Shown piece after piece: positions 38,201-47,599 of a DNA stretch of 55,853 nucleotides. The notes beneath the pieces were generated by a model. It was not told where the DNA came from. It made no database searches and saw only the letters and a program-made list of their open reading frames with translations. How positions within the stretch are numbered: the first letter of the stretch is position 1; each line of letters opens with the position of its first letter. This stretch comes from Candidatus Aphodosoma intestinipullorum (GTDB lineage Bacteria > Bacteroidota > Bacteroidia > Bacteroidales > Paludibacteraceae), in contig JADIMV010000083.1 in NCBI GenBank assembly GCA_017694515.1, positions 1-55,853 of the forward strand, read 5' to 3'. Both the position numbers and the translations under genes were made by a program.

Positions 38201-41200
38201 GTTATAGACGGGTCTTCCGTCACGAATATCTCCCACTGGCGGCCTTCGGTGTCGTCTAATAGTGTCCATGAGAGTGTAACTGACTCATGGTCAAGTCCGG
38301 TTACAGATAGTTCCATGGGGTATACGCACGGAACTTTGCTGATTTCGAGACGGTCAATGATGGCCTTCGCATCGCTCTGTGCTTCGCCGGCATCGTTCTG
38401 CCAGTAGAATACGAAGTTGTAATACCCTTCATCTTCAACATATACCACGTGCATCACTGTGTCGTTAGTCCATTCATCGCTGCCGCTCAACCGGTCGCCT
38501 TTCATGAGCGATTTGCTAGACTGTGCCGTTGTTTGTGAACCGTCGGCATAGTAAACTTTATCGCTGCCGCCGTCGAACATAGCCTCGGCAGGCAGTAGTC
38601 CTGCCATGATATAGCCGTTGCCTGTACATTGCCATAGGTACGACACATAGTAAACCCCTGACGGCAGGTATACTGTGCGGTATGCCCATGAGCGGCTTGC
38701 CTTTGCTGGGTCGTAGGTGGCTGATGTACCGTCACTTGTTATATAGAGCGACTTTGTGCCGTCATACGCTTCAGCATCGCCTGTACACCATGAGTTGCCG
38801 CCCTTGGTGCCGAGCAGAGTCCAAGTGTTTTCTTCTATATTTTCAAATGACTCCAAGTAAGGCTCTTCGTAGCTGCCGACCTCTTCTGTAAGTGTGCGTT
38901 GCGTCATCGGCCCTACCCATGCGCTCTTTGTCTCGGCGTCGCACACGCTGCGCACATATATATCATAGCTGGTTACAGACTTAAGGCTGGTCACAGTGTG
39001 TTGTGCTGAGGACATGGGTGTCCCTTCCATGCCTGTTGTGTCCGCGCCATGTTCTACACAGGCGTATTCCCACTGTGTGGCTTCTCCTACCTCCACAAGT
39101 TCGAAGCCGATGCTTTCTTTGGTCACGGATACGAACTTGATTTCCTCCGGAGCTTGGCAGGCGGGGGTGTAGTCCACGGCGAGTTCATCTATATATGCAG
39201 TCCCGCTGCCTCCATTTGTCCTGTTCAGGTAGTAGTCCATTGTAAATCCGATATATTCACCATAACTGCTATTATAATTGGTGAGTGGAACATAGTATTT
39301 CTTCCATTCGTCAGTGAGCATTACAGTGTCTATGGGTATGAATGACTCGACCACATCTTCCCAGTAGGCTTCTCTTTCTGGGACAATACCGATAACCACG
39401 GCCGTACCTTTGCCGAAGAATGTTATCTGGCATTCGGCAAGGTTCTCCACGTCCATTTTCGGCAGGAATGCGTATGAAATCTTCGAAGCATTTGTCGTAT
39501 AGAGTTGCAGGCAGTTGCCATATTTGCCGTTACCGTCAATAAACGGGTACTGGTCGTGTCGGCTGTCGGTCTCAGCTACAGAGTGGAATCCCGTCCAGCA
39601 ATCCGGCTTGTACTGGCTACCGGTGCCGAGTGTGTTGTCGAACGTTTCGCTGTAAGGTAGCGCGAATTTCTCCATACATACGGTCTTGAAGCTGACTGGT
39701 CCTGACCATTGCATCACGCCGTCACATTCCGCACCTACATAGACATAGTATCTTGTGCGAGCGGCGAGATTTTCAAATGTGTACTCTTTTATGCCTGATA
39801 CAGGTATTTCCGTCATTCCGTCTATAGATGGCAGACTTATTTCTTCGGCTGTCAACTGATGATTGCTAAGTCTGATGACCACATCAGTTTGGTCAGCGTA
39901 CCACACGACGGTAGCTCCATGCGGCAATACGTCTTTCAGTGATACCTGACGCGGTGCGAGGCACGACGGCGACAGTTCTATCTTCAAGTCATCGATATAG
40001 AAGTCGTTCTGCTCTGCAAAGCCGGAGAAGAGAGTGACGAACTGACCCTTGACATCGTTATAGTCGCCGAGATACGTGTCGAGCGGTATAGTGTAGTGAT
40101 GCCATACGCCGTAGTTGTATATTGAGTCTATTGCCGTGTAGGTAGAGAGGTCGCTCATGTCCATTGTGACCCCTATGTCCAGACGGCAGGCGTTGTCTGT
40201 GAACTCGCTGAACGGCGCATATCCCCAGAAAGAAATCTGATACTTGTCTATCGTGCTGTGTGTCGCTGCTGTGTCTATCGCCGGAGAGAAGAAGAATACG
40301 CCGTCAGCCGTGGCATCTTCTATCACGCCCGAATTTATGTTGAGCGAATTTTTACCGCTGTATGGGTTATCGCTGCTTATCGTAGGCACGTTGCCGTTTT
40401 GGCTGAAGCCTGTCCAGCAGCACGACACATCTCCGTTTTGGTAGCTCTCGAAGTCTTCCGTGCCGAGCGCATCGGCTGATAGTATGCCGCATCCGGTGCG
40501 GAACTGCACTCCTTCTGTCCACGGGCCGCCTTCGGGCATACATTTTGAACGTACATAGAAGAAATATGTGGTGTTGAAGTCCAGCCCTGTGACTGTGTAC
40601 GGGTTTTCGTGTATTGTCTCTGCGAATTGTACGGCTTCATTGGCCTGTGGGTCAGTCATGGCGGCATCAAGTTCTTCTTCCTCCATTTGCTGACGGGCTA
40701 CAACAACATCCCATTCTTCCTCAATATCGCCAATCCACCCGAATGTAGCCTGTTGCGGCTGAATGTCCGTGGCCGAGACATCGCTCATCTCGGCGCAACC
40801 GTCAATGAGGTCAATTGTAACATCTTCTATATATGTGTCGCAGTTTTCTGTTGTAGGTATACGCAGGGCAATATATTTATAATCGGTCTCGTATTTGGAA
40901 AAATACACCCTGAAATCTTGCGATGACATCTCTTCGTTCGTAAGGCATCGTATCATATTGAATGAAGTGAAATCATCAAGTGATTTGAGTGCACCCACTT
41001 CCAGGATGGCGGGATTGTATTGCCCTTTCATTCTGATGTTTGCAAAGAGTTCGTTGAGAGGCCTTTCCATTTCTGGGAGAATGATATATGCGTCATTTTC
41101 GGACGAGCTTGTGGCAACTGAAATATACATGGTATTGGTTGTTGCGCTTTTGGACGGATAGTATGTACTGCCGTATTTGACCGTGTATTGCAGTTCCACG

Positions 41201-43833
41201 CACGGGAATGTCCACTGCTTGCCTACTTGTTTGCCTCCTGCAATATCGAGTGTATATGGCAGAGGCTGCTTGTCATGACATTCTGTAGTGAAATCGAAGG
41301 CTCCCATCCATATGTTAGGGGTAGACTCATTTCCTTCGCATACGCTTCTGACATAGTAATAATACTTTTGCCCATTGGCTTTGAGACCTGTGAGTTCAGC
41401 CGTCGGTTCTGTCACCGTCAGCTCCTTCTCCCATTCGTATGTCTGGCTTTCCAGCGAGTCGTAGACGCTCTCTGTGGACAACTTGATGTCCCACGAAGCT
41501 GCGCCGTTGTCATCCCATGTGAGGACAACTGATGTGGCGGACGGATCGGCTGTAAAGTTCTGCGGGTCTTTGCATGGTGGCAGAGGGCAGAAAGTCATAT
41601 CGTCTACATACGTTTCTGCCAGACCGCTTGAGTGGGAGGCATCGAGCATGTATTTGAACGTAAAGAAATGGCCGTCGAATGTATAGTTATCCATATCGAT
41701 GATATGGTGACTCCATGTGTCTGCATATGCGGTCACAGTATCGAGAGCCTGAAATGTGGCCGTGTCCTGCGCATCCTTCATTACACCTATAATAATGTTG
41801 CTGTACACATCTTGGGAGCGTACGGTAGAATAGAAAGTTATTCGTTTTTCCATAAGGTTTTCTATCTCCGGAAATACAAGGTATGTATAGGATGTCGGGT
41901 CATCTTCCGCACGGGCATAAAGGACATAATCCCCGCTGTGTGGCGTGACGCCATACCATGAGGACGGCATCTGCGAATGCGGGGTAAAAGAGTTGGAGAA
42001 AACTTTTATTCCGCGTGTAAGTTTGTAGCTTGTCGAAGATGATTCAGGATATGTGAATGTAGTGTTGTCATTCGGGTCAATTTCGAAGTCATATTCGTAT
42101 GTGTCGTCTTCGATTCTCGCCGGTGTTGAGAATGACTGTGGGTTACTCCAATCTCCATAATCGCTGCCGCACTTGTTCCTTATGTATACAAAATAAGATG
42201 TTTCGGCTGTAAGCCCGTCTACAGTGGTGGGTTTCTGAAGTCCTTGCTTGTGTACATAATCGGTCGTGGCAAGTGCGCTCAGCGCGTCCTCCACTTCTTT
42301 TGTTTCGTCAAGACGTGTTTTTGTCACTATGATGTCACACTCTGTCGCTCCATTGCTGTTCCAGTCAAAGACTGCTTGTGTAGCCGAATATGTCTTCACT
42401 GTGATTTCGCGTGCTTTCGCGCATGGAGGAATGGAGTCTACCTCAAAATTGTCCACGAAAAACGTATTATACTCATCCGACTCTGAAACGAGTGCTATAT
42501 ATTTTGCTGTCTTGTCCGCGCCCGTGAGCGGCACTATGAATTCTGTGAAGCCGCTGCCGTCGCTATGCAGGCTTACCGTTGCTACCTCATCGAATGTCTC
42601 GAACTTGGTCGGGTCGGTCATCACACCGATTTTCAATGTCGCGATTTCCGGAACATTGTATGAACCCCACAGGCGAGAGCCATAGAATGTGATTTGCAAC
42701 TGCGAAATGTCTTCTATGTCTATCTCTGGAGTTGCCGCGTATGCGTAATATCCTCCCGGAATGGCGTTGTAATAGGTCTCCGAGCCGAATGCGAGACACG
42801 GGGTAGCGTCAGGAGAATAGCTCCCGAAAGAATTTTGTGGTACATTCGTGTTGATGTACGGGATATTCTGGTTATACGATGTGCCGAAGAACCAGTCCTT
42901 GTGCTGCTGCGCCATGCCTGTCACCTCAAGGTTGAAATCCTCGAAATACGGTACAGATACTTTTTGCAGGGTATTGAACTCGACCTCAGTGCTCCAGAGG
43001 CTGTTTTCTGAACCGCACAGAGCACGGATATAGACATAGTACACTCCGCTGAGGCTGAGCCCGTCCACTTTCAGTGACCGGGCAGTGCCGTCAAGCAGTG
43101 TGTCCACCGGCGTACTCCTGTATTCGTCGCGGCTGCTGCCGAGCAGAAAGTCGCTGAGCGGCTCTTCCGAAACCCTGACATGGAACTGCCTTGTGTCAGA
43201 ACTCCCGCTCCAGTAGAGAGTGGCCGACTCTTGTGTCATGTCGGACACGGTCAACGTAGGCTGTGAGCATTCCGGGCATGGGCGTATGCTTATGTCGTCC
43301 AGTACTATACCTCGGCCGAGGTTGTCGCTCCCCTCTAATGCCAGTTGATATGTCTTCGACGAAGACACAAGCTCTACCATGTCCGTTGTCCACACGGAGG
43401 TGTATTTGTCATACACCTTCAGTGTCGCCCACGGCATATCTTCCGTTGTGCGGTAGTATATGCGCAGCGTGTCGAAGTCGCCCGCCCAGCTGTCTTGCGC
43501 GTATGCGAACGAGATGACAGGCTTCGTCATCCCGGTCACATCCACCGGAGGCAGGATGAGCATTGTTCTGAACCCCTCCTTCTGGTTTGTATTGTTCCTT
43601 AGCGCGATGCGGTAGTTTCCGCTGTGCGTCCCGTCCGGTCTGGACAGCCCGTCGCCTCCTTCGACCGTCCAGTCGTGCGAACCGATGACGTGCTCCTGTG
43701 TCCATCCCTCAGGAAGCCTGCCGCTTTCAAACCCTTCGCTCAATACGGAACCGTCGTCCTGCGCGTAAATGAGCGGTGACGTGAGTGCCGCCATGGCAAC
43801 AAATGCCGTTCTCAAACATTTTCTTAAGTCCAT
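35296..43833 (-). CDS. Giant (2845 aa) T9SS-sorted surface or adhesin-like protein, paralog of 5550..14210
   Basis: Collinear with the left G protein. Signal peptide MDLRKCLRTAFVAMAALTSPLIYAQ. N-module EGFESGRLPEGWTQEHVIG...IVLDDISIRPCPEC. Repeated Y[IV]DD..[IV] jelly-roll ends alternate with FN3 ends. GCDS/RCDS repeats are present. T9SS CTD LTPNPVRIHETV...GVYMVRVIDGLGDMYQGKIIVR. Confidence 0.93.
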   Translation of the reverse strand: MDLRKCLRTAFVAMAALTSPLIYAQDDGSVLSEGFESGRLPEGWTQEHVIGSHDWTVEGGDGLSRPDGTHSGNYRIALRNNTNQKEGFRTMLILPPVDVTGMTKPVISFAYAQDSWAGDFDTLRIYYRTTEDMPWATLKVYDKYTSVWTTDMVELVSSSKTYQLALEGSDNLGRGIVLDDISIRPCPECSQPTLTVSDMTQESATLYWSGSSDTRQFHVRVSEEPLSDFLLGSSRDEYRSTPVDTLLDGTARSLKVDGLSLSGVYYVYIRALCGSENSLWSTEVEFNTLQKVSVPYFEDFNLEVTGMAQQHKDWFFGTSYNQNIPYINTNVPQNSFGSYSPDATPCLAFGSETYYNAIPGGYYAYAATPEIDIEDISQLQITFYGSRLWGSYNVPEIATLKIGVMTDPTKFETFDEVATVSLHSDGSGFTEFIVPLTGADKTAKYIALVSESDEYNTFFVDNFEVDSIPPCAKAREITVKTYSATQAVFDWNSNGATECDIIVTKTRLDETKEVEDALSALATTDYVHKQGLQKPTTVDGLTAETSYFVYIRNKCGSDYGDWSNPQSFSTPARIEDDTYEYDFEIDPNDNTTFTYPESSSTSYKLTRGIKVFSNSFTPHSQMPSSWYGVTPHSGDYVLYARAEDDPTSYTYLVFPEIENLMEKRITFYSTVRSQDVYSNIIIGVMKDAQDTATFQALDTVTAYADTWSHHIIDMDNYTFDGHFFTFKYMLDASHSSGLAETYVDDMTFCPLPPCKDPQNFTADPSATSVVLTWDDNGAASWDIKLSTESVYDSLESQTYEWEKELTVTEPTAELTGLKANGQKYYYYVRSVCEGNESTPNIWMGAFDFTTECHDKQPLPYTLDIAGGKQVGKQWTFPCVELQYTVKYGSTYYPSKSATTNTMYISVATSSSENDAYIILPEMERPLNELFANIRMKGQYNPAILEVGALKSLDDFTSFNMIRCLTNEEMSSQDFRVYFSKYETDYKYIALRIPTTENCDTYIEDVTIDLIDGCAEMSDVSATDIQPQQATFGWIGDIEEEWDVVVARQQMEEEELDAAMTDPQANEAVQFAETIHENPYTVTGLDFNTTYFFYVRSKCMPEGGPWTEGVQFRTGCGILSADALGTEDFESYQNGDVSCCWTGFSQNGNVPTISSDNPYSGKNSLNINSGVIEDATADGVFFFSPAIDTAATHSTIDKYQISFWGYAPFSEFTDNACRLDIGVTMDMSDLSTYTAIDSIYNYGVWHHYTIPLDTYLGDYNDVKGQFVTLFSGFAEQNDFYIDDLKIELSPSCLAPRQVSLKDVLPHGATVVWYADQTDVVIRLSNHQLTAEEISLPSIDGMTEIPVSGIKEYTFENLAARTRYYVYVGAECDGVMQWSGPVSFKTVCMEKFALPYSETFDNTLGTGSQYKPDCWTGFHSVAETDSRHDQYPFIDGNGKYGNCLQLYTTNASKISYAFLPKMDVENLAECQITFFGKGTAVVIGIVPEREAYWEDVVESFIPIDTVMLTDEWKKYYVPLTNYNSSYGEYIGFTMDYYLNRTNGGSGTAYIDELAVDYTPACQAPEEIKFVSVTKESIGFELVEVGEATQWEYACVEHGADTTGMEGTPMSSAQHTVTSLKSVTSYDIYVRSVCDAETKSAWVGPMTQRTLTEEVGSYEEPYLESFENIEENTWTLLGTKGGNSWCTGDAEAYDGTKSLYITSDGTSATYDPAKASRSWAYRTVYLPSGVYYVSYLWQCTGNGYIMAGLLPAEAMFDGGSDKVYYADGSQTTAQSSKSLMKGDRLSGSDEWTNDTVMHVVYVEDEGYYNFVFYWQNDAGEAQSDAKAIIDRLEISKVPCVYPMELSVTGLDHESVTLSWTLLDDTEGRQWEIFVTEDPSITDPTGHIAENLNKGGYADGLTATINGLEEQKTYYAFVRNVCDGGEKYSLWSNRVQFETPCKPVAPNTLYSFEETVPEGWYIGECFSNYGMETFEIVENGPTVQYSHTGDRALHFESYQTGNYLALPKVDGNLDDWQLTFWMRPIYAYAQTVDGEKVYVNNNEYQGGKTASVRVGTMTAVGNPETFVTLRECIYPYSTDELYRNRNVNDDMTGNKYWVKFSIPLKGCDGKYIVFSDVQESSTRNNMYIDDIIIEPLNTCATPDGMTVKRYTDKTATISCNHTNGATVEVRYATSYDDMISGKYQTATSEADTVLIEGLAPATEYYYAVRQLCSDNEVSDLSIMRTFTTARSVRFNEPFTANVTCPEGWQRATSILVKDLFAGTAQFGSFTDITNTTVWSHRAIDNYSSAHNVARMHATSSSDASLWFFTPAVYLENGLEAHLSFDMMLTRDESYDAPQLTKRDGYQFMVIVSDDAGQTWKEENATIWNNERANNDFYSIPSTYQEVSIDLSEYAGKTIKVAFYTETQRTALEDLNLHIDNVNINSVVNTVYPEEKHCATYDYQLHGFNIPVSEIDEDGLNTFSRTVVSQGTAKDSTFTVQFTVSPVSEKTIEAEMCEGDVYNENGFINVTAAGRHTLKCNGSNHCDSIVHLDLTVKPLARFEFDSTFCEGSPIVWNGIMCDKPGDYTDTIVIGGNRCDSIVVMHLSMVDALYGEEIHYLCTGTSLVIDGEEYLSDGSMQEFVKEETIKEEGRCDSIVTHTVVYTPVHDVVVEDAICDGEIYNANGFIDITQEGTLTTPNRTQFGCDSLVTLNLIVIRDGETSRDVTRRITLDQLPYEFYGETFGTDTKPGTYERDVKVTSVSGSCSMNVHLTLEVEDETGIVPAREIKELALTPNPVRIHETVRVHIDLTPQRLAGLTVQVFNSTGALVQSLSPETEPIVINGLHTAGVYMVRVIDGLGDMYQGKIIVR

Positions 43834-44213
43834 AGGTTTTTCTGTTTAGTTAGATTAAAGTAATATGTTGGTAAAATCTTATACTGTTCTATCCGTACTC
43901 ATTCCCCGATGATTTATGCAAAGGCCGTCGCAGTGTGAGTACACACATAATATAAATCCTTAAAACATACATTCATCTTCGGATATACATTGTTGTTGTG
44001 TATGAATTTGATGCTATACGTCATTGATAATCAGAGGACTTATCTTGCCGTCAGCTATCTTTCGGCTATCTCCTCCTTATCCTCTCTTTAGCCATTCGCC
44101 AGTTTCTTCCATTATTGTTGCTAAAACGTCCATATATGGAAACTCATCGTCATGGTCACTATTGTACACAGACTGAATTCATCGGCGCGGCTGATGCCTG
44201 CCGGTGTCATACC

Positions 44214-47200
44214 TCATCTTACAAGTATCTTATACGGGGTTGTCCTTCCTTCTTGTTCTATTGTCAGTATGTACACCCCGGGCATATCCGGTACGGTCAG
44301 CTCATTGTGCCAGGCATCTATCTCTGTCTCTGAACAGAGTATGCCAGACACGCTGTACAGTCGTGCTGTGGATTGCCCTTTCACATTGGCAATCATCATT
44401 TTGCCGCCCGCCGTAGCCTCGGTCTGCATGGGATATTGCGTAGCGTCGCTTCTCGTTTCCGGCGTGAGTGGGCACGTCGGCAGCGTGATGCCGTCTTCGG
44501 CGCGTGTCAGTACGGCGTGGTACAATGCCGTCGTGTCGAGTGTGTTTCCCTCGCCGAGGTAGAGGTATGAGCCGGTTTCTCCAGCAATAGGGTTTCCGTC
44601 CTTATACCATTGGAACGCCGTGAAAGTGTATCCGCCGTTGTACTGCCCGTTCGTAACGGCCAGCACGTTGTTCCATTTCTGCCGCACTATACTTTTCGGA
44701 TAATGTATTTCGAAACCGATGGGGAAATACAGTGTATCGCACACTTTGTCTCCAACGAAAACCACTGCGTCATATATGTCCGGACGGCACGAGTCGGGTA
44801 TGGTTATCCGGATGTCGCTTCCCGAGAACTCCTCCCTGATGTTGGCAAATCCCGCCTGCCGTGCCTTGTCGCCGTACCTGATGCCATACTCTGTCGGGAT
44901 GCCTTGTGTATATGTGTAGCCGACAGGCAATATGCTGTCATCGGCGCAGGCTGCCCATATAGCCGATGTGTCTATCGTTATGTCTACGCAGACCCTGCCG
45001 ACTGTCACGGTCTGCGGCCTGCTTGCACATCCGTGTGAGTTGAATACTACTATCTCATACTCTCCTCCGCTTAGGCTGTCGAGCCGTCCGCCCGTCACCC
45101 CGTCTATCGAGTAGCGGAAATTCTCCTCTGCGCATGTGATTTCTATCTTTCCGTTGCGCGGTTCAGTTTCCGGCTCTGCCGTGCATGAGAAGAGTACCTC
45201 GGGCAGTTCAGTGACATTGACTATCACAGTAGAGTCGCACCCGTAGCGGTTCGTGAGACGGTATTCGTACCGTCCGCTCCCGCTGACGGGTTCAGGCCCT
45301 GCGTCTGACATATCTCCGTGACAGATGGTGTCATTGACAGTTGTGGTCTCGCTGCGCGGATTGACATGCAGGTTAATGATTGTGATGCTGTCGCATCCGT
45401 ATCGGTTCTTGATTTCACAGACTATGGTCGTGTCCCTCACTGCGCCGAATATTTGTACTGGGTTGCAGAATGCGAATGTCTCTCCGTAACAGAGGGTGGT
45501 GTCCGTTTCGCGGGTCTCCGTGAGTATGGACGGCACTTCTATGGTGTAAGTGGTGTCGTCGTAGCATCCTCCCGAGATGCCGGCTGTGAGCTTGATCTCT
45601 ATTTCTCCGCCCTCGTTAGGCACGGTCAACAGCGGATGCCGCTCCTCGTATTCCGTGCCGTTGATGGTCCAGACCCTTGTCTCCGCCTCCTCGTCCGTGT
45701 GGACGGTGTTGCCCTTCTCATCACGTGATACCACATGGCTCTGGTCGGTCAGTTGTATGCGGTTGCCGCAGTCCGATGGGATGTGTTCCCAGCCGAATGT
45801 GGCGAACGGGAAACGCGGCGACACCTTAGTGCGCAGTTCAAACTGGCATCCCTCGCCGCCCTCCTTAAACAGGCAGTGACATACATATTCGCGGTCGTCG
45901 TCAGAGGCTGCCTCATAAATCTGTTCAGTGGAGAGCGTGTCGTTCATATTGTCCGACAAAAACCATGCGTAGTCGAACCCGTCCGGGGCTTTCAGATCCA
46001 TAGTAGGGCTTGCTCCGCAGCTCATACCTTGTATGGTTCCTGACGCGCATCCGAGAGTGAAATAGGCGTAGCCGTAGTGTGCCCCTTGTGTGCAGTCCTG
46101 TGTGATGAGGCGTATCTTCACGTCGCGCCCCGCCATGCCCGATAGGTCGAAGCCGAGTGTGGTCCAGTCCTTCCATACTATGGTGCTGCCGTTCTGCTCC
46201 TCGACATTCCATCCTTCTGCATTCATGTCCGCGTAGAACGATGCCGTGCCGCACTCGGGGTCTATCAGCCGTCCTTCGTCATCGTATATCTCGAGGTTGA
46301 AGTACGGCTGTTCTTCTGTGGGGTGTTGCGGGTCTTCGAATACTATGGCGTATTTGAGCAGCAGTATGCTCTGGTCAGGCGATATGGTGACCGTGTACTC
46401 TATGCCGTCAGCCTCAGCCCCTGTGTTCCAGTTGCCTATGCGTACGGAGGCGAGTTCGCCGTCCGGTATCGTCTTAAGCCTGCCTCCTGTGTGTATGTCG
46501 GTCTCTCCGGCCATCCAGTGTACTGTGTGGCGGCTGTAAATGTCCTTATAGCCGAAGTCCTGCGGCATGACGGCGGCCATCTGCGGTGACGGCCCTGCAT
46601 CGCCTATGAGACATTTCACATTCCCGTCGTTCAGGTCTATGTAGTTGATGCAATGGTTCTCAGGACAGAACACGAGGTTGGTGTATTTCAGCGTGTATGC
46701 GCTCCATAGGGTGTCACCCCCGCCGACTGGCGACACTGAGCGTATGCGGAAATCGTATATCCCTTCTTCTATGCCGCCAAGCGTGTAGCTGTGGACGGTG
46801 CTGCCGACAGAGCCGCTCAGGTTTCTGACGCTCCTCCACGAGTCAGTGCCGGCCTTGCGCCATTCGAGGTCGTACAGCAGAGCCTGCCCCTTCCATGTTG
46901 ACGGCCGTGTCGCACATATCGTCCACAGTTATACCCGTCGGCGCTTTTGCTGAAGAGTTGCTTATCTGTATGTTGTCTATAGCCGTACTGATGCGGGTCG
47001 TCATGTCCGCCGGTTCGTTGTTCACCCAGATGAAGGCGAGGTAGTAGGTCTCTCCGGCGTTGAACGAGTAGGTGAATGACGATGTGTACCAGTTGCCGTC
47101 ACCTGCGAGCCGTGTACCACGTGTAGTGCCGTCCTGTTGCAGCAGACTTTGGCAGCTGACCAATGAAAGAGGTTCCATGTCGCTGCTGCCTGTCACGCTT

Positions 47201-47592
47201 CCCGGTGCCGCTCCGGCCGATGCGCTGTAGACGCTCACATAGAGTCCGCTCTTGCTGTCCGAGGCGTAGTTCCTCCATTGGAAAGTGATTTCGTATGCCC
47301 CTTGCGGCAGGCTTACCTCCCGGTATGCCACGGCCACATTCTTCTCTTTCCCGAATTTGAGGCTGTCCTCTCCCCAGTAGGAGATGTACATCGAGTGTTC
47401 GCCATCGTAGGATGTCGCGCCGCTTATGTACCATTTGTCCGTACAGTCATCGCCCGGGTTTAGTATCCATTCGCTGTTCTCCGCATTGTCCTCGAACCCG
47501 TTGAAGTAGGGCAGTGTAATGTTCTGTGCCGCTGCAGCCGTGGCGTACAGCATCAGGAAGAGGGACAGTAGCTGTCTTGAAATCTTCTTCAT
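44214..47592 (-). pseudogene. B-type T9SS surface protein gene interrupted by one frameshift (ORFs 46843..47619 and 44214..46736)
   Basis: The N-terminal ORF has a signal peptide MKKISRQLLSLFLMLYATAAAAQ and a MAM-like module, and ends ...TVDDMCDTAVNMEGAGSAV..*. One shift near 46896..46917 restores an FN3 (TWKGQALLYDLEWRKAGTDSWRSV...GIYDFRIRSVSP). That FN3 runs into the 840-aa ORF (FCPENHCINYIDL... to T9SS CTD ...GVYILTIEQEGRTTPYKILVR). The result is collinear with 1902..5342. Confidence 0.8.
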
Positions 47593-47599
47593 GGTATGA

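Noticed and set aside
43834-44213. Invertible promoter (fimbrial-switch-like) or diversity-generating retroelement associated with the surface-protein genes; 50678..51605 was also checked.
   Set aside because: I found no long inverted repeats flanking a promoter-sized segment, no site-specific recombinase, no reverse transcriptase and no template/variable repeat pair in the window.
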